Shown: positions 36,704-47,866 of the stretch, in pieces | How the letters are laid out: each line of letters opens with the position of its first letter | Numbering within the stretch: the stretch's first letter is position 1 | Source: Entomortierella parvispora E1425 | Lineage: Eukaryota; Fungi; Mortierellomycota | Length of the DNA stretch: 64,000 nt | Direction of reading: 5' to 3' | Assembly (NCBI GenBank): GCA_020891255.1 | Contig: BQFW01000013.1 | Coordinates: 1,054,001-1,118,000, forward strand | The notes under the pieces: model-generated | Databases searched by the model: none | Told to the model about the DNA's origin: nothing | Seen by the model: only the letters and a program-made list of their open reading frames with translations | Translations under genes and position numbers: made by a program

Positions 36704-39700
36704 TTACTTGGCAGCGACCGTTGCCTTGGGGGTCGTCGTTGACTTGGCCTTGGTCTTCTTGGCAACTGTCGTGGCGGTGGCGTCGCTGGTGTCGGCCTTT
36801 CTCTTCTATTCGAGTGCCCAAGAATGAAAAGTGAAAGAAAAAGAAAAATTGTTTAGAATCGCGTCGCGCCAACATCAACCAATCCTTGAGCGAGAACAAA
36901 ACAGGGGGGTGGTGATGTGGTCCTAATTTCGGCCCATTATTTTTTACCTTTCCAGCAGCAGAGATGGCGAGCTTCTCCACCTCGGCCTTCTTGTCAGCCT
37001 TGGCAGCCTTGGCCTTGGGGGCATCAGCGGCCTTATCGGCCTTCTCAGCCTTAGGAGCCTTGGGGGCAGCAGCCTTCTTGGGGGCAGCTTCCGTTGATGC
37101 AGCAGCAGCCTCCTAATGAAACAGCAAGAAATGAACAAAAAAAATTAATTAATTGACCTCCACATGAATTCCAGTCAATTGATCAAGTTTTGTTGGGTTT
37201 GTTTTCTTACCTTGGCCTTGGGAGTGGCCTTAGCAGCAGCCTTCTTGGGGGCAGCCTCCTTGGTCTCCTTCTTGCCCTCCTTGTCATCAGTCTTGGCAAC
37301 CTTGGCCTTCTTCTCCTTGGGGGCCTTGGCCTCCTCAGTTGTTGAAGATGCGGCAGCAGCAGGGGCAGCAGCCTTCTCCTTCTTGGCCTTGGGGGCCTTG
37401 GCCTCCTTGGTCTCCTTAGCCTCCTTGGGGGCAGCGGCAGCCTTCTCCTTCTTGGCGGGCTTCTCAGCAGTCTCGGTGGCCTTGGCAGCCTTCTCCTTCT
37501 TCTCCTTGGGGGCCTTGGTCTTCTTCTCGGCCTCGGCAGCAGCAGCGGGAGCGGCAGCAGCGGCCTTCTCCTTCTTCTCCTTCTTTTCCTTGGGGGCCTT
37601 CTCGGTCTTCTCGGCCGTGGCCTTGGTAGCAGCAGTCTTCTTCTCCTTGGGAGCCTTCTCGGCCTTCTCAGCCTTCTCGGTCTTGGTGGCCTTGGTAGCC
37701 TTGGGGGCGGCGGCAGCATCGGCCTTGGGGGCCTTCTCCTTCTTGGCCTTCTTGGGCTCTCCAGCAGCTGCGGCGGCAGTGGCGGTCTCCTTGGCAGCCT
37801 TCTTCTTCTCCTTCTTGGCGGCCTCCTTGGCCTCCTGCTCAGCCTTGGCCTTCTTCTCGGCGTTCTTGGTGTTCTCGGCGTCTGCCTTGGTCTGGTACTC
37901 CTTCTTGGAATCCTCAGCAACAGCATCCCACTTGGTGACCAAAGTCTTGAGGACCTCGGCACGCGAAACCTCAGGTGCAGCCTCCATCGCGGACTTCAAG
38001 TGATCCTTCACGTACATGTCATAGGCAGAGCGGACCTTCAGGGTCTTGGGTGCCTTGGTGGCGGTAACCTTGGGGGCAGCCTTAGCAGCAGCCTTGGCAG
38101 CAGCAGCGGCCTTAGCAGCGGCCTTGAGCTTGGCGGCAGCCAACTTCTTCTTCTCAGCCAACTCCTTCTTCTGATCAGCCTTCTTCTTCTTGAGCTCGGC
38201 AGCCTTAGCAGCCTTGGCGGCCAACTTGGCCTTCTTGATGGCCTGCTTCTGAGCCTTCTTCTCCTTGGCCTCCTGAGCGACCTGTTCAAAGAAAGCGAAA
38301 AAAGAAAACAGGGATAACCATGAGTGTTTAAAACAATCGTTCCAGCGTGAAAATTGTTCGTCAAGAGCCGGGTCCAGACACCCGAAACCAATCCGGGGTG
38401 GGAAAAGGATCTTACCTTCTGAGCACGAGGAACAAGACCGGAATCAGCGGGCTTCTTGAAGAAAGCCATGAGGCGATCCATGATGGCATCCTAGAAAAAT
38501 GCAATCCCGAGAGCAAAAAAAAGAAATGAAAAGGTGTTAAAAATAAAGTCAGCCGTGGTTCACTCAGGGAGTTTTTTTTTTCAACTTGCGACGTCCGTTA
38601 TCTTTTGTGCGCCGTTTTCTTCTCTCTTTCACCCACAAAGACGCAGACACAAACGTTACCTTGTCTCCTCCAGCCTCGAGGTTGAAGAGATCAATGACAT
38701 CGCGAAGGAGGACAACGGTCCACTTTCCGAGTCTCTCCTCGAACAACTCCTCCTCTTTCTACAAAAAGGGGAAAAAGCATCACGAGAATAGAAACAATAG
38801 GTTAATCAAACAGTCCGACGAATCGGGAGCGTGGTCTCATGATGTTTCCTAATTCTAATTTTTCCTCTTTTTCTCAACAAGTGAGGGGATGGAACAGCTC
38901 TTTCTTACCTCGGAGAGATCTCCAAGACCGTTGAAGGCCTTCAGGTCCTCCTTCAACGTCTTGCTGGAAACACGGCCATAGAGGATCTTGTGGAGGTCGA
39001 CAATGAGGGTGTCGCGGTTCTTGAGCTTGTCCAAGTTGGCGTTGACTAGAAAGCGCAGGGGGGACGGGGGGACGGGTTAGTGTGAGAAACTTGAAAAACA
39101 ACCGATTGGACGGGTGCTGTGTTGTAGTATCAGATTGTGAAGATCTGCGCGGCTAAACTCGAGGGCATGAACTTACCGACAGGAATCTCGCTGAGCTGAA
39201 CACCTTTGCCCTAGGAAGGAGAAAACAACAAAAATGGAGCGTTAACAATCCGTATGACAAAGAAAATCTCTGTGTGCAGTGTCACCGGGGTGGTGGGGTG
39301 GGGTGGGAGCGAGTGACAGGATGGCTATGTCTGTCTGTCTTTCTGCCTGGCTCCGATGAATCTTCGTCCCGTCGCGTTCTTGGCTCGGGTGGTGCCAGGG
39401 CGAGTGTGGGTCTACGTGTCCGATTTTTTTTTCTTTGTTTATCGGTCTTTCGGATTTGAATTTGTATGTCCGTCTTCTTTGGTCCATCCTGGAGGCGCAA
39501 AGAAAAAAGAAAACCCATTGTTTTCTCATGGCCATTTCATAGAAACTGAGATACAAAGGGGGTGGGGGCAGAGAGAAATAAAGAGCGAGCAGAGGGGCGA
39601 CAAGAAAAAATAATTTGTCTGTTGTTTTGATTGTTGCTGGATTCTTTTGTTCGGCCAGTCTTCTCTTACCTTGGGAATCACCAACTCCTTTTTGGGCTTT

Positions 39701-40136
39701 TCGGCAACGACAACGGTGTAGCGGTCGACCTTTTTGCGGTCGCGAGGGCCAGAGACGGGAACTGTGAGGTAGGGATTGATGGTGAAGTAAATGAGAACAT
39801 GAGCAAAGGAGGAGGGGGGCACGGTATGAAGAGAGGTTCAGAGACAGAGACGGAGAAGAGGATATCGGGTCAGTCAAATGCAGTCAGAAGCGATGGATGC
39901 ATGCGCCAAAATAACAGACGCACAAGAGCAACGCGTTTTGTTGTTTTTTTGTTTCCATCCCAAAAATTTTGGCCAAATTTCAAAAAACGAAGAAGCGACC
40001 AAACGACCAAACGCAAAAACACAACGCGAGGCAGACAAAAAAAAATCCAAGAGAAAATGAAATATCACGCACGAGGGACGACGGGGTCGCGGGGGATGTA
40101 AACCTCAGAGTCGGATGAGTCGCCAGAGTCGGACAT
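36704..40136 (-). CDS. DEK-like chromatin protein (DEK N-terminal/SAP-like region) fused to an HMG box and a Lys/Ala-rich H1-tail-like region
   Basis: Spliced exons give RDRKKVDRY...LVIPK|GKGVQLSEIP|VNANLDK...DLHKILYGR...LKAFNG|...VLLRDVIDLFNLEAGGDK|DAIMDRLMAFFKKP, which parallels DEK. HMG-like segment KVRSAYDMYVKDH...LVTKWDAVAEDSKKEYQTKA. Long AKAAK/KEKK low-complexity region. Confidence 0.7.
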
Positions 40137-41400
40137 TGTGTTGTGTATGTGTGTGTATGTGTAGGGGTGATGTGAGGGAGAGAGGGTTGAGAGGGGGATG
40201 CAAAGAGCAAGTGCGTGGGATGGATGGATGGAAGGGATGGGATGGGAGTGAGAAGAGAGAAAGAGAGAAGGAAAAACAGAGAAAGGAGAGAGAGGGGGGA
40301 GAAGAAACAAAATTTTCAGTTTTTTTTTTTCTTTTCGTTTCTCCCTCTCCCTCCCTGCGGGAGTGACGGAGTCCTTTTTTTTTTCTCTTCCTTCCTTTCT
40401 GCGCCGTGTCGTCGACTGGTCAGTCGTCTCTTCCCTCTTCGTCCCTTCGTTTTCTCATTCCATGCCCCCATCCCTCTGCCCGTGATTCCTCGGTCGATTC
40501 AACCCCAATGCGCGTCCTCATCCCCAGACATCCTTCTGCACAGCATCCTCATCATGTCTGTTCCATCCATCGCTCATCAGCGACGCGTCATCTCTAATCT
40601 CATCCTCGGCCAAAAGTCAGCCGCCTTGGACCCAAAACCCAGGGTCAACTTTTGAAAAAAAAAAAAAAAAAAAATCAGAATCGAAAAAATTGCATGATTT
40701 TTTTTCTCTCTCGCTCGCTCGCTCTTTGGGATGGAAAATGGATGGATGCACACAAGAACCAGCCCAACGTGTCGTGTGGGTCAGGTCAGGTTCAAACACC
40801 TACAACCACGTTCTTGTACCAAAACAAGGATTCGTCTGTGTTTTCCTCTTTGTTCTCTTCTGTGCTGGTCCTCGGATATCGTGGTTCTTGGATGTTTGCT
40901 ACATCCCATCTGAATGGATCCAAAAATGAAGAAAACCACCCGAAAGAGCATCCGTCCTGGGACCAGCTCTTTTTTTTATTTTTTGTGATTGTCCTCTGAC
41001 CCAAACAGACCACCACATTCTACAAAAAATGAAAAAAGAGTGATGTGGCAAGAGCGTGTGTGAAATTCTTTCTCCCCCTTCCCCTTGCGCCCTCTCCCTC
41101 AACAGCAAACCGCAGTAGGAAATAAATGAACAACCTCGTCTCTTCCCTTTCTCTTGTCTCATGCTCTATCTTTGCCTCACCGTTCTCTCTCAGTTGCTGA
41201 CAGAACGGACAGGACCCTTTTCTCAGCTGCAATGGATCTCCTCACGACCAATTGAGGTCCATCATCAACAGAAAGCCAACGTCCGTTTCGGTTTGTTGTT
41301 TGTTGTTTGTCTATGGAAATCTTTATACGTTGTAATGGTGCTCCTCACTTAAGAAATTGATTATGATGGACTACGGAAAGGAAAGGAAAGAAATGGAAAT

Positions 41401-42265
41401 TTACAGACGGAAAGCTTTGGCCAAGATATCGGCACTCTCCTTGCGATGAACCACGGCGATACCAGTCGCAGGCGCAGCCGAAGCTTCTCTGCCAATGTAG
41501 TTCAAAGACTTGCTCTCGGGCAACATCTGGCGTATCCTTGGCTCCATGAACGAGTACGCTCCTCCGTTTTGAGGCTCTTCTTGGATCCAGGTAAAGTCTA
41601 CCACAGAAAAAAATTTAAAACAATGGGACATTAGTCACTCGATGCAAGGGTTTTCACTTGGTGGATAACAAGAATCGGTTCTCCTGTTTCTCCTTCCTTC
41701 AAACAATCAACCGAGGACTCACCCTTGGCTCCAGAGTAGGTTTCGATCTGCTGCTTCAGGCCATCCTTAGGGAAGGGGCTGAGCTCCTCAACACGAACAA
41801 TTGCAACCTTGTCATCAGCACCCTTAGCTTGACGCTCTTTGATAAGATCGTAGTAAAGCTTGCCAGAGACAAACAGCACCTTCTCAACAGCGCCAGGGTT
41901 CTTTTCGGTCTGGACATCGCCCAAGACTGGCTCGAAAGTCGTGCCAGGTGCCATGTCTTCCAAGGTTGAGACAGCAGTGGGCAGACGCAAGAGGGTCTTG
42001 GGGCCAATCACGATCAGGGGCTTGCGGAAGTTACGCTTCATCTGACGACGGAGCAAATGGAAGTATTGGGCAGGCGTCGTTGGGTTCACAACGTGCATGT
42101 TTGTGTTGGCCTTGATCGAGCTATCCGTAACATCGAACGCGTCGTTGGTCATCTGCAACCAACGCTCAATACGGCAGGTAGAGTGCTCTGGTCCAGCACC
42201 ATCATATCCGTGAGGCAACAACATCACCAAGCCAGACTGACGAAGCCACTTGGCTAAATAAATAA

Positions 42266-42298
<33 letters not shown>

Positions 42299-45034
42299 AT
42301 GCACAAAACGGTGGCGATTAGCGACTGTCGTTCTCACAGATGTTGAGAAAAAATAAAATTATAAACCACTTACTCTCGGCGCTCGACACGTAGGTGTCGA
42401 TCGTGACCTGGGCAGAGTTGAAAAAGTCTCCGAACTGAGCCTCCCAGATGTTGAGCATCTTGGGCGTTTCGTAACTCATTCCGGTCTCAAAGGCGAGGAC
42501 AGCCAACTCGGAGAGGGATGAATTAGCCACTTCCAGGTGACCCTGGGACTGGCTCATGGCGTTCAAGGGAACGTGGACGCGCTCCGTCTTCTGATCGACC
42601 AACATAGCATGGCGCTGGGAGAAGGTTCCACGGCCAACATCCTGACCACAGATACGGACATCAAAGCCCTCCTTCAACAACGATCCGAACGCAATTGCCT
42701 CAGCTGTAGCCCAGTCAATCTTCTGTCCATCCTTGAGCTTGTTCAGGCGGGATTGCACATGGAACTTTTCCAAACGGGGGTGAATCTCAAAGTCCTCAGG
42801 GGCAGTTACGGAAGCCTGGCCAATCTCATGCATCTGCTCTTTGTCGATACCGGTATCGATACGGCTCACAGTCTCTGTGGGCAGGATCATATCCTTCCAC
42901 TTGCCCTGCAAATGATCCGCCTCGGGCTTGAAGCTGTCAATCTCGGAAAAATCATCCTCGAGCTTCTCAAAGTAATCCTGGCGGAACTCGTCAATTGAAG
43001 CCTTGGTGAGAATATCCTCCGCCATCAACTTTTCCTCGTACAGCTTGGGAACCGACTTGCGAGCACGAATGTTGTTGTACATCAGGGGCTGGGTAAACGC
43101 AGGCTCGTCCAGCTCGTTGTGACCCCAGCGACGGTAAGCAATCAAATCAAGGATGACATCCTTGCGGAACTTGTTACGGTACTCGAAGGCAATACGCATG
43201 GCATGCACAACCTCCTCGGGATGGTCACCGTTGACGTGAATCACCGGCGCGTTGATCATCTTTCCGATATCTGAACTGTACACGGACGAACGCGCGTTCT
43301 GAGCAGGGGTTGTGTATCCGATCTGGTTGTTGACCACAATATGGATCGATCCTCCCGAGGTGAAGTGGGGCAAGTTGGAAAGACCCAAGCTCTCCATGAC
43401 GACTCCCTGGCCAGTGAAAGCAGCATCTCCGTGCAGTTGGACACACATGACCTTGTCTCCGAGCTGACACTCGGGAGATGAAGCAGCAATAAGATCCATC
43501 TGCTTAGCACGAGCCTTGCCCATAGCCACTGGGTTCACTGCCTCCAAATGAGAGGGGTTGTGAAGCATCGAGACGTGAAGGGGCTCAGCCTCACCATAGT
43601 CGAGCTTGGGAGAGTTGGCGATATGGGACAAGACATCTCCGGAGGCAGGGAGGCCAGCAGGGAATTCTGGGTTACCCTTCACTTTGGAGAAAAGAGCAGT
43701 GGGATCGTACTGCATCAAATCTGTCAACAAATTGAGACGTCCACGGTGGGGCATTCCCAAAACTGCCTCGGTCACACCAGCTATTTCATGAAAACAAAAA
43801 GGAGCTCATGGTTAGATTATCCGATTTAGCGCACAACAAAGAGGACGGAAAGATGAACAGGAGAGTGGGGGTAAAATATAGGTCTGCCTTTCCCATTACC
43901 TTTAGAAGCAGTGTGGAAGAGAGCATCCAGAGCAACCATCATGCTCTCAGCACCCTCGAGACCATAACGCTTGACTTGAGCAAACTTCTTTCCCATGAAG
44001 TGATCGAAGACCTCGGATTTCGTCAAGAGCTCAAAGATGCGCTGCTTGTCCTCGGGGGTAATTGGGGGCTTCTGGTAAGATTCGACCTGGTGAGCAAACC
44101 AGCGACGCTCGCTGGCATTCTATATGAGATTAAGGTACACAGAGATCGGTCAGTTGCGGATTAGGATGAACTCATGGTCAAGCAGCAAGCCATATCACTG
44201 TTTAAATCCTTACGGGGATATGGGTAAATTCGTATGCGATCTTGCCACAGTACGACTTTTCAAGGTGAGAAACCACGGCCTCGAGCGTAGCCTCCTCCTT
44301 TGCCTGGGCGCTGCTCTTTGACTGATTGACGTGGAGGATTCCGCTGAGGTTGTAAACCTTGGATGGATCCGTAAGCGCATACCGCTCAGGCGAGAGAGCG
44401 AGGACGTTCCTGAGAACACACAAGGGGGCAAACAGCAAGGAGAGAGAGAAGAGAAGTTGGGAAAATTGGAGCGTGAGTAAAAAAAAAACAAGCTCTAATC
44501 CAATGATCCGGCTCTTACGACAACCCTGGAGGAGCGCGATTTCCTCTCATTTCCCCCCGACTTACTCGGCTTGCACGATGTTCAAAGGGTCCAAGTCTGC
44601 GCGGCGGTGACCGTGAGTCCTGTAGCCGATGACCAGACGCAACAAATTGGCATTCTCGACTCTGTTGGCCAATTCTTCCGCGGTGTCTATAGAAGTGTGC
44701 AATGAGAAGTCAGCGAATCAGACAATATTGTTCTCCCCGAGGTGGCACAATATGACGATTCAGTGGACTTACAGTCAGGCATAGAGTAAACGCTGGGAAC
44801 TCTGTATCCATAAGCACCATCATCGTGGTAGGAGGCACGCTGCTGGATCACATTAATGGTAGGCACGACGACCTTCTTGCTTGGGACGGAGGCCAATCTA
44901 GAGACGGTTAGAGGAGTGGCTCTTGAGGTCTGAATCGCATGGCGGTGGAAGGCAGCAGAGCGGGTCATGATGGGTGAAGATGACTTGACGGCCCTAGCAG
45001 ACGAAGCTGCAGCCAGACGGAGGATACTTGACAT
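41401..45034 (-). CDS. DHTKD1: 2-oxoadipate/2-oxoglutarate dehydrogenase E1, DHTKD1-type
   Basis: [22 protein letters not shown] (TPP motif), [34 protein letters not shown] and [14 protein letters not shown]. The short N-terminus and motif wording fit DHTKD1 better than KGD1/OGDH. Confidence 0.8.
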
Positions 45035-46254
45035 GATGGATGTGTGTAATAGCTATGACGAAAGAACAGGTGGGTCCCGAGAAACGAATGAGGGAGATGA
45101 GGAATGAGATGGAGAGAAAACGTGCACGATTATTGAGGACAATGAGCGAGCTCGAAATGAATAAGAGGAGGGAGGGGAGTGGGTGATGAGAAGGGAGGTG
45201 GGTGTAAAGAAGAAGAAGAAGAAGAAGAGAGAAAGAAAGGAAAGGAGGAAAAGGCGGATGATCCCCCTTCAACAACTCGAGGTTGATGACTCGACGTATC
45301 CGTGCCATTGTATGTCTTCTTTCTTGCTCCCTTCCTCCTGCCTACTGTCCTCCTTTGCGCCCTTCCTTCTCGCCAGCCAGGCCAGCCATCCGCCTTTACC
45401 TTTCCCCCACCCAACGAACCCTGTCCAGTCCAGTCCAACGGGTGCATATAGTCCGTGGATCATACAGCGCAGAGTTGCCCGTGGGAGAATTTGCAGCACC
45501 TTCCTCTTTAGTCCATAGAGTTTTCTTTTTTTTTTCCACACCTCTCGGCTCACTTTGCTCCCTTGTTTGCTTCGTGCCATCTGCTTGCCTCCTTCCCTCT
45601 CTCTCCTCTTTCTACCCTATTGACGCCCTCCTGTTACTCATACTACTGCGTGCCCTGGCGTTTCTCCCGCTTGCCGGATGTAGTTCAATCACTCAATTGA
45701 TGGCTTATTGAACTGCAACAAACAAACAAAGGCTGCACTGTTGTCAACGTCTCATGCCTCCTGCTGCATTGTATTTTTGAGGTCTTTACTGGTAGTTGTC
45801 CACCTGTGGGGCAAGTCGCCCACGCTTCTGGCTTCTGGCTTCTGGCTTCCGCCGGCAGCCTTGGTGGTTCGCCTTACAGACCCCACACAGAGGAAACTCG
45901 AAGTCCTCATTGGTCATTGGCTCCCCTGCCAGACAGGGTCACGCTTTCAGGACCTGAATAGAGTTTTAGAGTGGAGTCAAAAAAAAAAGAACGCAGAGTC
46001 CCCGCTCTTTTCTCCCCACCACCACCACCACAGCACGGCCTGACTCGATCTAGGCGCCCACACGTTCCCAATACGAGCTCTCTGTCCCTCTTCCTTCCGC
46101 CTTCCATATTGACTTTTGCGCACGAGTCCATTCACCAGTAAACGCTCCATGATAACCCGGCCTTTGACTTCTCTACAAGACACAACAACAAAAGCTGACA
46201 AAAACGTCAACGTTTCGTAAATCATTTAATAAAAAAAAAAATGACATAAAATTG

Positions 46255-46896
46255 TCATACCCACGATCTATGATGCTTTGCTGACTTATGTCGCTTTGAC
46301 AAACGGTGGTAGAGAAAGGCCAGAGGGTGCGACAGACGGTTGAAACTTGAAGAATTTGTGATAAAAGCATCGTTCTTGAGATAGCGCACTATCGCCGGTT
46401 CGGTGGCTGTATAGAGAACTTCACTCTTTGGAATACCATGAAAACCGCTGGCCGTTACGATGGTGTATGCCCTCGTATCCTCAAAGTAGACCCAGTCCCC
46501 ATTCTCCAATATCGACATGTTTGTCTCCATGGTTATAACATCCGGGCTGGCCAGTGTCGGATCCCACAAGATTGCGCTGGTGTGTTCACTGATGCAGAGA
46601 GGATTTTTGAGTGGTGGCTGTCGATTCTGTTGCTGTGGCACGTGTTGTCCTTGCTGGTTCACAAAGCTGCCTGTTTGGCAAAGTACTTTGGGACTGCAGT
46701 CCCGAGGAAAGTACCAGAGGCAGGCGAATGAACCGAATATACCGTCGCTGATATAGTATTTGAAAGGCCGGGTTGACACAGCTCGTATCAAGATCTGGGG
46801 CTGATTGTAAGAACGATGCCTCATTAGTGTTCGCTCTGACATGGGTAGCGTGTAGATCTTGAGTCGCTTTGGAGTCTTCTCGGGTACAACATCCAT
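46255..46896 (-). pseudogene. Degenerate ornithine decarboxylase-like C-terminal domain
   Basis: KYYISDGIFGSFACL, ILWDPTLASPD (versus WGPTCDGLD), GDWVYFEDTRAYT and ASGFHG. No intact N-terminal PLP barrel is readable upstream; only decayed traces to about 47500. Confidence 0.6.
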
Positions 46897-47788
46897 CTTG
46901 AACTTGAGTTGTGAAACGGACGAAGGACGAAGCTAGCCAAGCCATGACAAAAGACTTGGTAAAATCCTTTGTACCTTTTGGAAGAGAAATATTGATCATT
47001 GTGTACTACCGAAGGTAGGGCCTTGCAGGGATGTGTTTTGAGGTGAAGAAGTGAGAGCCAAAAAAAGTTGAGTTGTCCCAGAAAAATAGGGAAAGTGCAC
47101 CTGGTTATATATCGACGAGAATAACAAGACAACGCTAGACATGGATGCCACAAGTCGCGGTGTGGACTGATCTTGGTGAGTTATCTGCAGTAAGGACCTT
47201 GGAGCTAGGTAGCAAATATTTGCAAAGTCGTTAGTAGCGTCTGAGCGGGTATCACTCCTAAGTCGGCAAGCAGGATACAGTCGGTATCGGAGAAGATGTC
47301 GCAGTAAACTGCAGGTCCAGATCTAGATATCAAATCCATGGGAACCCAAGGAACAAGCTCAGAGTGCAATTCTCAACTGTTGGCAAAGCGGCCACTCTGG
47401 GAACACCGGGGCTCAAAGCACGCGTTGGTTCGTTTACAACCATTACTCTAAGTATGATTATACGGCTAGATTTGTCTGTTGGATAGAACGCCTCTAACCG
47501 TCCTATTTGTTGTAATCTGGTGTCTCCCCACCTTTACTCCTTGTTCTTTCGTCGTCACTCCCTACTGGCATCTGGACAGTGTTTTTTAATCGCGAATCTC
47601 TCCCTGCTCCCCCTTGCACACTTGTTTATTTGGTAGAGTGGAACTGCGCGTGAATGTAAGAGTTCTTTCCTTGCACCTTCCGAAATATACACTCCATACC
47701 CATTTTGACAATGTCGCAGAGCAGCAAAATAGAACAAAAGGACTGGGCCCTGGCAAAAAAAAAGAGGAAACTCAGGTCCTGCCCTACC

Positions 47789-47801
47789 AAAAATATCAAA
47801 A
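47789..47801 (-). terminator. Pol III terminator-like T-runs after the tRNA 3' end
   Basis: T4 and T5 runs on the minus strand directly downstream of the discriminator base. Confidence 0.5.
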
Positions 47802-47805
47802 GATA

Positions 47806-47866
47806 TGAAAGTGCCGGGACTCGAACCCGGTTCTCAGGCTTGGAAGGCCGGAATGATACCCATATA
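47806..47866 (-). tRNA. 3' part of a tRNA-Gly(TCC) gene split by a transposon
   Basis: Minus strand: (TA)TATGGGTATCATT CCGGC CTTCCAA GCCTG AGAA CCGGG TTCGAGT CCCGG CACTTTC A, giving the anticodon arm, T-arm with B-box, and acceptor 3' strand. Confidence 0.85.

Noticed and set aside
37164-38003. 279-aa hydrophobic ORF on the + strand
   Set aside because: It is the antisense shadow of the Lys/Ala-rich DEK-like exon.
39055-39310. G-rich runs (potential G-quadruplex) in DEK-like gene introns
   Set aside because: Short, and similar purine/G runs are common throughout this window's introns and promoters.
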